Shown: positions 25,194 through 37,100 of the stretch, piece after piece | Numbering within the stretch: position 1 is the first letter of the stretch | How the letters are laid out: every line of letters begins with the position of its first letter | DNA from: Gracilinanus agilis | Taxonomy: Eukaryota | DNA: 64,000 bases | Assembly (NCBI RefSeq): GCF_016433145.1 | Contig: NC_058130.1 | Coordinates: 14,076,506-14,140,505 of the forward strand | Direction: 5' to 3' | Position numbers and translations under genes: made by a program | Notes under the pieces: generated by a model | Databases searched by the model: none | The model's input: only the letters and a program-made list of their open reading frames with translations | Told to the model about the DNA's origin: nothing

Positions 25194-28100
25194 CATTGGC
25201 CAGCTTTAACAGGGAAGATGAGCCCAAGCAACAATGACTGAGGTTGGGGCCGGGACTTGAACCCAGGTCTTCCCATCCTCGGGGCTCTTCAGCAGGGAGA
25301 GACAGGACGGGCATGCAGCGTGCTCCTGCCGTGAGCCGGACTCAGGCTCCCAGTGAGGGCAATGACTGGGGGCCGGCAGGGGAAGAGCCCGAAGGGCTGC
25401 GGACATGCGGGTCCCCGAGGAGGAGAGCAGGCCATTCAGATGTCCCAAGCCTGGGTCTGGGCCCGGGAGGTGGTGGCTGAACTGGCTCAGAGCCAGGTGG
25501 AGAGAGGGGAGGGCAGCTGGGCTGAGAGGAGGCACTTGGAGCTTCTCTGGACCCTCAAGCTTGTGGCCCTGCTGATGAACCTGTCCCAGAGCTGCCAAGC
25601 AATTCAATCTGGGTTGTACATGTAGTAGCATGCAAAACACGTTTGTGTATTATTCGTTTTTGTAAGTGATAATCTTATAAAACCCAACCCAATATACCCC
25701 ACTGAAGGAGGGGCAGCTTGTCTGCTTCCACCAGCATGTCGACTCCTGCAGTTCTTTCTCTGTGTTAAAAGTCGCCCAGGACCGCCCTGGATCGCTGGAT
25801 TGCTGCTAGTAGCAAAGCCTGCCACATTCGATCCCCCCATAGTATTGCTGTTACTGCGTACAGTGATCTGGTTCTGCTCATCTCACTCTGCGCCAGTTCG
25901 CGGAGGTCTTTCCAGCTCTTTCTGACATCATCCTGTTCATCATTTTTGACAGCACGAGAGTATTCCATCACCACCATCACGTGCCACAGTTTGTTCAGCC
26001 ATTCCCCAATTGAAGGGCATCCCCTCATTTTCCAATTTTTTGCCACAACAAAGAGCACAGCTATGAATATTTTTGTGCAACCCTTTTTTTTATTATACCC
26101 AGCAGTGGTATGGCTGGACCAAAGGGCAGGCAGTCTTTAAAGGCCTTTGGGCATAATTCCAAATTGCCCTCTAGAATGGTTGTATCTGTTCACAACTCTA
26201 CCAGTAATGCATTAGTGTGGCCACATCCCCTCAAATTTGTCATTTTCCTTTACTTTCATATGGGCCACTCTGATAGGTGTGAGGTGATTCCTTAGAGCTG
26301 TTTAATTTGCATTTCTCTAATCAGGAGAGATTTAGAACATTTTTTTCACATGATTATTAATAGCTTTGATTTCTTCATTTGAAAATTGCTTATTCATAGT
26401 TTTTGACTATTTGTCAGTTGGGGAATGACTTCATTTCTTATAAATTTGACTTAGTTCTTTATATGTTTGAGAAATGAGACCTTTGTCAGAGAAATTGGAT
26501 ATAAAATTTTTCTCCCAGTTTGTTGTTTCCCTTCTAATCTTTGTTGCATTGGTTCTGTTTGTACAAACCCTTTTCAATTTAATGTAATCAAAATTATTCA
26601 TTTTATATCTTCTAATGTTCTCTATCTCCTAATTGGTCATAAATTCTTCCCTTTTCCATATATCTGACTGGTAAACTATGTTCCCCCAATTTGCTTATAA
26701 TATCACTCTATGTTTAGGTCAAATACCTATTTTGACTGTATGTTGGTATAGGGTGTGAGGTATTCATCTCAACCTAATTTCTCCCTTACTATTTTCCAAT
26801 TTTCTCAGTAGTTTTTGTCTACTAGTGAGTTCTTATCCTAAAAGCTGGCATCTTTCAGTTTACTGAACATCAGTTTGCTACAGCCATTTACCCCAAGTCT
26901 ATTCCACTGAGCCACCCTTCTATCTCTTAGTCAGTACCAGATTTGTTTTGATGATCACTGCTGTATATTACAGTTTTAAGATCTGGCACTGCTGGGCCTC
27001 CCTCCACATTTCTAGTTCCCTTGATATTCTTGATCTTTTGTTCTTCCAGATGAATTTTGTTGTTATTTTTTCTAGTTCTGTAAAATAGCTTTCTGGTAGT
27101 TTGATAGTTGCCAAGACCCCTCCCCCCCGCCCCCCACCTCCCCAGGAACAAGATCCCATCAAGTCAGTGCAGTTTGACACAGTCCTACACTGACCCTGTG
27201 ACCTGAAAATTGGGCCACAGGATGGATGGAAGACCCAATCAAACCCCTCTGTGTGACTCCCTTCTGACCAAGACTTTTTATTATAATCTTTATCTTTAGG
27301 ATAGCCCCAAGTTTTATAGAAAGCCCCTAATAGAAATCCCCTAGTTACTCTATAATAAATATATAATAGTAATATAATAAAAATATAAATAAATATAACA
27401 GCATTTAATGAGTTAATAGTTCATACCCTCAGTAAAATAGCAGAACCTGCTTTAATCTTTCTCTCTCTCTGTCTCAAAAGTCTGAAGGACACAGCAAGGT
27501 AAATCAGAACAAAATACTCTCTCGCTTTGTTATTTTCCCACGCCGATCTAAACCCCATGATTTTAAAGGTTCTCACACTTAACCTACCTTTTTGAAATAT
27601 GGTGAAGGTCCGTTATCAAAATAATAATTGGATAACATAAGGTCTTGGTAACCTCGAATACGGTTTAGACTAAGTATAATCTACATGAGAAAAAAAATGT
27701 GTCCTATATGCTAACTCTTATGTAACTCTTGTAACCTTGAATTCTATACTGTTTTGATTTCAAATGTACTTTGTAGAAAGAAAACTGGTTTTGGAAAAAT
27801 ATATAAAGATAACCACGAGCTCGGGGGCTGGTAGAACAGAACAGTCATGAGCTAACTTGTTGGACTAACTGTTTTCTGTTTCTGTTTCTTTCTCATCCGC
27901 CGACGCCATCGAGCCATCCAAACCCCCCTGTGCTGTGGGGCAGGCTCCCCGCAGATAGGTATGGCACTGAATAAGTAAATGAGTTTAGGTAGGATTGTCA
28001 TTTTCATTATAGACAACCCATGAGCCTACCCATGAGCAATTAATGTTTAGATCTAACTTTATTTGTGTGAAAAGTGCTTTGTAATTGTGTTCACATAGTT

Positions 28101-31100
28101 TCCCAGCTATTTTATATTGTCTAGAGTGCTTTTATGGAGTTTTTCTTAATAACTCTTGCCCAGCAGCAATTTTTGATGAATTAATTATAGTCCATCCCTA
28201 GAGGCCCAAGGAGCTTCCAGGACTTAGAGCAGATGGGGCAGTCAGCACATTATGGAGCAGAGTTCCCCTGCCCTTCCTGGCCCCCTGCACTCTCATGGCT
28301 TTGCCCACTTAGATCCAGAAGAAGGTTCTGTGCCTCTTACCAGCTCTCCATTTAACCGCAGGGCGTCGGCGAGTTCTAGCAAGATGGACACTCGCTCACT
28401 GGGCCGGATACAGGAGCTGCGAGTTTTCTTGTTCTCCCCCTTCTTCATCGTGGGAAGCTTCATGATCATTTTGAGGGTCTTGATGGCCTCAGGGTAGTCT
28501 CCTGACTTATTCAGGGCCCGTGCTTTGATGAAGTGATACAGTGGGTGATCTCGAACCTAGGAAGGAACAGAGGCCCTGGGTGAGCCCAGACAAGTTACAT
28601 TCATGATGTCCAGGGCTGTGAGGGTCTGAGGGCACCATCCCTGCTTTCCTGGAGGCTCAGCAGGTGGGGGCAGAGCTGGTGACTGGGGGCAGTGAGACAT
28701 TTGGGACCTGGGACGAGCACACAAAGACTCACTGTTGAGGCAGGTGGGGCAGCGAGGCCAAAGAATCAGTAAATCTTACAATTTGGAATGGATCTTTGAC
28801 ATCCTCTGGTCCAGCTTCCCACTCCCTACCCGTCTGGAATTTCTTTCTAGAAGGGTTCTTAATCTGGGTTGGATGGGGACTAGGGGGATGGGAAGGGGGA
28901 ATTGGTCTGTAACTTAAAGGAGAATTAATAACTATCTTTCTTTTTTAATCTCTTACTTTTTGTCTTGGTACCAGTTCTAAGAAAGATGAGCACTAAGGGC
29001 TATGCAATGGGGTTAAGTGCTTGCGCAGTTATGAAGTGTCTGAGTCCAGATTTGAACCCAGGACCTCATCTCCAGGCTTGGCTGTCTATCCACCATACCA
29101 CCAGGCTGCCCCAATAACTGTATTTCAATATAATTGCCTTCCTTGGTAATCCTGTATATTTTATTTTATGCATTTAAAGACATGATTCTGAGTAGGGGAA
29201 CATAGGCTGCCCCAGACTGACTGCCCAAGGAGCTCAGGACACCAAAAAAGGTCCTTGATGAAAGGCCCCTTGATAGAGGGTCCCCTGGGCTCTGCTTGAC
29301 AGGAGAGGTCACATGGCTGCGGACAGGGCTCCAGCTGCCTCAGCATCCTATAGGTGACAAGGAGGGGGAGTACAGAACAGCCCCCCAGAAGCTTAGCACA
29401 GGGATCTGGAGACCCTCACTCAGCCAGCCAAGGCCATGGATCAGAGGAGGTAGATGTAGAGACTTTCAGGGGTGCCCAGGAGGATTGAATATGGTTGCTT
29501 CAGCAGCTCCTTGGGTGTAGAGCAGCTCACAGAGGGTGCACCCCCTTGGTTTCTTGGCCTGGCTCCTTGCTGGGCTCCCGGCCTCAGGCACCTACCCACC
29601 TGGAAGTTGTGGCTGACTCCCAGCTCTAAGGAATGGGAGCACATGGTGAAGTTTCCCTGAGATAGATAGATCTGGGCCATCAGGAGGTGAACGTCAGCAG
29701 AGGTCGGGTCGAGCTCCAGGCATCGCTGTAAGGTACTCTGGGCATTCTCTAGTTCTCCTAAGAAAGAGAAGCACCAAGGCTCTGGTTTCAAAATTAGAAA
29801 ATGGCAGGAATTATCAAAACTCTCTGGTTCTGGCTAAGAAATAGAAAGATCAGTGGAAACAGACAGACAAATGACAATAATAGATTATAGAAAGGGCAGC
29901 TGGGTAGCTCAGTGGACCGAGAGCTAGGCCTAGAGATGGGAGGTCCTGGTTTCCGATCTGACCTCAGACACTTCCTTGATGTGTGACCCTGGACAAGTCC
30001 CTTAACCTCCATGATCTAGCCTTAACTGCTCTTTGATACCTAGTACTGATTTTAAGACATGAGATAAGAGTTTTTTTTTTTTAATCTGCACTTTCCATCT
30101 TAAAATAAATACTGTGTATTGGTTCCAAGGCAGAAGAGCAGTAAGGACTTGCCCAAGGTCATACAGTTAGGAAGTTTCTGAGGCCAGATTTGAACTGAAG
30201 AGCTCCCTTCTTGTGAAAATGTGATAACTCTCCCCTGCTCATTTTTGGATTTAATCACCAGAAGCATATACATCCCACTTATCCTTAAGTGGGGGAGGGA
30301 GGTCTGTGACTCATGTGTGTGATAGTGGGTGAAAAATCAGAATTGACTGACTGCCCTCTGGGCAGTCCTAAACAAAGCTATAGCTGTAATTGGTCCACGA
30401 AAAGTGGAAGGAAGGCACAGGAAGTGACAAAAGGAATGGTCTTTAAAAGTGGCAAGAACTTCCGGTGACCAGTTCTTTCACCTTCGAACTTGAACTTGGA
30501 GGAGCTCTGCCTGGAGACCTTGTACTGCTCTTTGATTTTTCCCTTAGAACTACCACGTGGGTGGGTGAAAAGGGCTGACTCCCTTTTCTGGTTTTTCTGA
30601 GAGGTACTAGCCTCCAGAGAGGCCCCTCATATTGGGGCATCTTTCTCCAATTTTTCTTTTAAACTGTTAATTTCCTTTTGAGCTATTTCCCACTTTTCTT
30701 GCCAAATCTCTTCCATCTTTCTCATGATCTCAGATTTGAACTCTTCAAGAGCTTGTGACCAATTTTCATTTTTTTTGGGAAGGTTTGGATGTGATTTCTT
30801 GTTTGTTCTCTACTATCTGCTCTGTTGTCTGGATTTTTTCTTCAATGCTGCACTCTATTGTGGGGTCCCTTTGTTCATCTGGATTTGTTTTTTGTGTCCT
30901 TTTGAGGAGTCATGTGTATGTGGGTTAGGAGAGATTAAGCATGCTGCTTCTACTCTGCAACCATCTTAACCTGGGAGTCCCAAGGCCCCTTGTATTGGAA
31001 GAGGCCTTGTGGCTAAAATCCTTGCTTAACTGACCCCTACGCCCTTTGGCTAAGGCTTCTGGAGCCCTGCTGGAGTAAAGTCAGGGCCAGAGCGAATAGT

Positions 31101-34100
31101 GTAGCTCATTAGGCTAGATTTCTTACTCTGCCATCTTTAAATTGCTAAAAAAAGTCATTCTGACTTGAGTAATAATTATGACGACCACATTTCTCATAAA
31201 TTTCGTCCAGCTTTAATTTTTAATCCTTACATTCTCTAGGCCTGGCTCTCAATCCACTGAGCCACCTAGCTAAACCCAGAAGGTAAGGGTTTTTAAAGAA
31301 AAGACTATAGTAAAGAATATAGAGTAAAGTATATTTGACAAAAATATAGATCTAAGTTTTGGGGATAAGAACTCACTATTGCTGGGACAACTGGAAACTA
31401 GTTTGGCAGAAACTAGGTACAGACCAGTATCTTACACCATTCACTAAGATAAGATCAATATGGATCCGTGATGGATCTAGACCTAAAGAGAGATATCGTA
31501 AGCAAATCAGAAGAACAGGGAACATATTCACAATCAGATTTAGGGACAGGAGAGGAATTTATGAGTCATCAAGAGATGGAGAGCATTGTTGGGTGTAAAA
31601 TGGATAATTCTGAGCACCTTCCATTGAAAATCTTTTGTACTAATTAAATGTTGCCAAGAGCAGAAGGAAGCAGAACATCGGGAAAACTGCTTTGTAGCCA
31701 GCCTCTCAGAGAGCCTCCTCTCTCATATGTATGGAGAGCGTCATCAGACTTAGAAGAATTAAGAGCTACATCCCACTGCTTCATGGTCCAAAGACATGGA
31801 CAGACGGCTTTTAGATGAAGAAATAGAGGCCATCTGTGGGCCTATGAAGAAATGCTCCAAATCACCCGATTAGGGAGAGGCAAAACCAGCAGACCTTGTC
31901 CCCTGGATGTCCTCGTGGATTCTCCAGCTCAACCCATTCCCAACAGAACTCAGCCTCTCCTCCAACCTTCCCTTCTTTCTCTGAAGCTGTGGCGAGCTGC
32001 CTGATCAGCCAGCTTTGTGGCTGAATCCTCCGGCCCTCCTCCATCCTGGGAGCCCCATGGAGGTAGCTGCCAGGTCCTGGGGCCTCGGCCTCTTCACTCT
32101 CCTTCTCCCCTCACATCTCTACCACTTTGTTTGGGTCCTCATCACTTCTTGCCTGGACTGTTGCAATCGCCTCTTTTTTTTTTTCCAACCTTCCCGCCCA
32201 TCTTAGAATCAATCCTGTGTCCCAAGGCAGAAGAGCTCAGCAATGGAGGTAAAGTGACTTGCCCAGGGCCACCCAGCTAGGAAGTGTCTGAACCCAGGAC
32301 CTCCTCTCTCTAGGCTCTCTGGTTCTCAATCCCTTGAGCCACCTTAGCTGGCCCCACAATTGCCTCTTAATTGGCCTCTCTGCCCACCGATTCTCCTTTA
32401 CTAATGTCTGAGGGCGGGAATCTGACTGTGTCACTTCTCTGCTCAAAAACCTTCCATGGCTCTCTTGTACCTCTAGGATAAAGCATAGATTCCTTAGGAG
32501 GCCACAGAAGGCCCCTGGAACTCTGGGCCCTACTTTTGCAGTTTTCCTAAGAATTAGAGAATAAACTCTTGTTTTACCATCCTGGGGGTTGAAGGAAGGG
32601 AGGACTTCGGAGGGGGTACTTGCTGTGGGCAGCAGATGCGAGAATTGGGCTCCCCGGCAGCATCCATAACCACTAAGGGGAGATTTCATTCCACCACCCA
32701 TCTTCGAGAGAAGGTTCTGCCACGCAGCAGGCTGTGCTGGGTGCCAGGCTCTGTGCCAGGCTCGGCACACACCCTGCAGTGACGCAGAATTAGAAGGCCC
32801 AGGGCCCGCTCTGGAGGCCTCCCTGGCCTTGGTGGGAAGACAGGGCGGACCCCAGGGGAGTGGCGGGGGTGCAGGGAGGGCTCTGAGGAGAAGGGGGGCC
32901 GGGGGCTCCGCTTACCTGACAGGTACTTCACCTGGGCCATGAGGAAAAGCGGGTCAATGAGTGCGGGGGCCACCTTGACCACGGGGTTCAGGATCACTGC
33001 GGCTTGTTTGAGGAGAGGAGAGATGATCTGACCTGGGGATCGAGGCTGGGAAGGAAACGTGGCCCAGCGGTCAGCCTCTCCACTGCAGGAGGGACGCCTT
33101 CTCTAGGCTCTTCCGGGAGAAGCTGCAGGCCGGGGAGGAGCTGCCTCCAACGGCCAGTGTGGACCAGGGTGGCCGCGGCAGTCCGTGAAAGGGACGCTGA
33201 TGGGAGGGCTGCCATTTTCTTTCTGTTTTAGCCCTCACCTTCCGTCTTAGAATCAACACTGTGGCCTGGCTCCAAGGCAGAGGAGGGGTGGTTAGGGAGG
33301 TTGGGTGACAGGGTTAAGTGACTTGCCCAGGGTTGCCCGGCTGGGAAGCGTGGGAGGCCACACTGGACCCCAGGATCTCCCATTTCTAGGCCAGACTCTC
33401 CATCCCCTGAGCCCCCAGCAGCCCCTCCATTATTTCCTTTTGCATTTGGAATATTGAGGAACAAGAAGGGAATATCCGCAGAGACTGCCCAGCCTTAAAT
33501 ACATATGCTAAGACCAGGGAACTCCGGGGTTTGGGCCGGGTCCTGAGGTGCCTGGGAGCCCCGCTCCAGCCTCCACGTGGAGGCCAGCTCAGGGATGACT
33601 GTGTGGCCACAGGCTGTGACTAGGGCCTCAGCACCTCCCCTTTGAGCCCCTCTGGGAGTCGGGCTCTGTGTGCCGGAGGGACAAAGGCCTTTGGGGGCTT
33701 GGAGGCTGGGGGCCTCTAGGCCTCTCGCCCTGGGGCCCCCGGGGCCTGGGGCACGGCCCTGCCCACCTGCTTGGGGCAGAAGAACAGGTATTCTTTCACG
33801 ATGTTCACCAGGAAGATGGGGTTGAGTTTCTCAAAGTACTCGATGCTCAGAGGGAGGCCCTGCATGCTGGAGAAGTGGAGCTCGGCAGCCTCCTTGAGGA
33901 GGGCCGTGGCCACCTGTTCGCTTTTGTGCTTCTTGGAGGCCAGCAAGGCTTGGAGGAACGTCAGGACCTGCCGAGAGGAGGAGGAAGCTCTGGGCCCAGA
34001 GACTCGCTGCCGGCCTCTTCCCAGGCTTCCCATGCCAAGAGGACTCGGAGCTGGACGGGCCCTCGAGGTCCAGTGTGGCTGCCCGAGGGCCCTCCCAACA

Positions 34101-37100
34101 CAATCCAACCTTCCCAGAAAAGCCTCCAGGACTGACCACTTTGGGATTTAACTTTGGGGTTGGAGGGAGGGAGGGAGGGAAGGAAAAGAAGGGGAGAAAC
34201 CAGGGAACTCATCCCCAGAGGAAGGCTCTTTCGCAGAACATCTCACCTCAGACTTCCCCAGGGACTGTTGAACTTCCTTTAGGAATTCCAGTTGTTGTTC
34301 AGCCTCCTCCAGGTTGCCCTCCAGAATTTGGCACCAAATAATGCCTGCAGTTCAAGGACGCAAGGGTGACCACCTGGCTCTGTTGTTTAACTCATCAGTA
34401 ACCCAACTGACCAGGCTGACTGCAGACCCCTGACACAAGCAGATGACACCTTTCCTGAATTCCCCTGGGGCCTTGGTTTTTGTCAAGTCCATTGAAAATG
34501 TAAAGGGGGAAAACTCAGAGGGGAAAGCCAGGCCTAGAGACGGGTCCTGGGTTCAAATGTGGCCACAAATACTCCCTAGCTGGGTGATCCCGGGCAAATC
34601 ATTTAACCTCCCCCATGCCTAGCCCTTACCACTCTTCTGCCTCAGAATTGCCACATAGCACTGCTTCTGAGACAGAAGGGAAGGGTTTAAAAAAAGGAAA
34701 AGGAAAACAATTTTTAGAATGCTAGAAGGCAAGTGGAAGGTCAGGGTGGCCCCCTTGCATGTGGTGGGAGAGCCTGTGGGACTGTCCTACAAGGATGGAC
34801 AAGCCTGGCTTCTCTTGCCTTTTTTTTTTTTTTTTTTTTTTTTTTAACTATTGGAGGAATTTCAGGTCGTGCAAAAACCAAGAATGTCAATGAGATCCGT
34901 CATTACTCTTCCTTATGGAGGGTGCCTTTACCGCTCGCTCACAGTGCTCACAGAGCTGGGCTCGTTCTTATTTTAAACCCTTTCTATCATTTTAAATCCC
35001 TTTCTTAAGTGCCGTGGTGAGCCCCGGTGGGTCAGGAGGTGGCCCTGGCCTGGGACGGACCTGTGAGGGCGGCGATGCTGCTCTCGTCCAGCTTCATGGC
35101 CTCCGTGTACCACATGGAAGCCTCCTTCACACGCTCTTGGAGGATGAGCTGGTAGCCCAGCTCGTTGGCAAACTGGGCATCCGAAGGCGCCAGCATGAAG
35201 GAGCGCTCGATGAAGCTGTAGATCTGCTGCAGGATCATCTGGTGCTTCCCGCACTGGAAGAAACAGCCATGGCGAGGCCTTAGCGAGGGCCACCAGGAAG
35301 AGCCTGTTGCCCAGAATCCCCCCAGGTGCTCCTTGGCCACCTAGCCTGGCCCACATTGGGGGGAAAAGGTCCCCCCACCCCAGCAGACCCAGCAAACAGT
35401 CAGCCAGCCTCTACCTTAAGGTCTCCTCTTTTCTTTCCTTCTGTCTTAGAATTCATATTGTGTACTGGTTCCAAGGCAGTCAAAGGGGGTTAAGTGACTT
35501 ACCCAGGGCACCCAGCTAGAACATGTCTGAGGTCAGATTTGAACCCAGGACCTCCCATCTCTAGGCCTGGCTCTTCATCCACAGAGGCTGCTCCCCCCCC
35601 CCCCCCAACTGCCCCCTGAAGATTTTCTAAAAGGGCTGCTTCTGCTCGTAGAGAGCTCCCACTGTAGAAGTTTTTCCTGTCGGCCCCTGGTTCTGTCTTG
35701 GGTCCAAGAGGAACAAGCTGATCCCTCTGCCCACCCTGAATTTCCTCCAGGCCAAACTTCCCCAGTTCCTTCCCTGTTCTCCCAGGGCATGGGGTCTGGC
35801 CTTTAGCCATCCTGGCTGCCCCCCTTCAGTCTGGGCACCCAGAACCGAGCTCAGCCCTCCAGACGAGATCAGACCAGGGCAGGAGAGTGCCGAGCTCTCA
35901 CTCTCTTCCTCACGAAAGCTCCACAGTCCAAGATGCCCACGAGCACGGGCACACGCTCCCTCTCTGCCAGGTCCCACTCTTGCCTCCTAACGAGGTCCCA
36001 GTCCTTGACGGTGCCACCAGGGTCCTCCTTGGCTTGGGAGGCCCCTTCAAGGGGAAAGGTAGTGAGGAGCTGGTCAGCTGGAATCCCGGAGCTGCCCATC
36101 CCCAGGAAGTCATAGATAAGGGATCGCCACTGAGCGGCTGGATGGTGGGAAGAGGGGGGGAAGCAGCACCACTGGGCACATTGGTTTCTCCTCTTCAGAG
36201 GCGATTTGCCCATTTGCTGTTCCTGGGAGCCCCGGGGCCCCAACCCTGGCCACAGATGCTGGCTGCGTGCATAGAGGCGGTCCAAGGCCCCACAAATGGT
36301 CAGGCTCCAGTAGGGGCTGCACAGAGCTTGATGGGAAGTGAGAGCAGGAGGGAGTCCCAGGGCCAAGGCCCCCTGCTGCCCAAGGTATATAAATGGAGAT
36401 TTGAACCTTTGGAGTCCCTTTAGTAGTTCCCCAGATTCCCTTTAATCTCTCCTGCGCTTCCACGTTTGCTGGTCACGTTACTGTTTTATAAGTTCTGTAG
36501 CTCCTCCCTCTCTCTCTTCTTCATGAGCGCGGCTGAAGTTAGTTTAGCACCTTTTTTCACTCCAGTTTTTTATGTTAGTTTATTATTAATGAAACTTTAT
36601 AAAATATAAAACTTAGTTATTGAATATTAATTTTCATCATTGTGTCTGAAGGGCCATCCATTAGCTTTAAGGAGGCAGCCTGGCCTCGTGGAAAGAGTCC
36701 AGAGCTTGGGAGTCAGAAAGAGCAGAGTTTGATGCCACCTCTCCTACTTTCTAGCTGTGTGACCCTGGGCAAGTCATTTAACCTCCATTTACCTCAGTTT
36801 TTTCATCTGTCCAATAGGGAAAATAATAGCATCTACCTCCTAGGGTGGTCGTCCTTGAGGATATAAAGGAGACACGATTATCAAGTGCTTTATGAGCCCT
36901 GAAGCCCTATAGAAATGTGAATCTCCAGCCAATCAACCAATTGCATTTGTTAAGTGCTATGTGCCAGGCGCTGGGGGTTATTATTATCATTACTGACTAG
37001 TTTATTAGACCAAGGCCTGGCTGCTGACTCACAGTAAACGCCAGAGGCTCCCCAGGGCCTCCAGGAGCAAATACAAAATGTTCTGGGTGGCATTCAAAGC

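Larger units (their letters stand above)
30075..31270 (-). mobile_element. SINE split by an LTR insertion (halves 30075-30211 and 31232-31270)
   Basis: The halves rejoin as gagctccc-ttct-ctaggcctggctctcaatccactgagcc, matching the other SINE copies in the window. Confidence 0.8.

Noticed and set aside
27109-27953. Superantigen-like ORF in the betaretrovirus-like LTR
   Set aside because: The ORF track shows no ORF of 60 aa or more inside the LTR body, and U3 is AT-rich low complexity.
33968-34246. In-frame retention of TTC21A intron 10 (279 nt, partly open in ORF 33716-34108)
   Set aside because: In-frame TAA at 34150-34148, so full retention truncates the protein.
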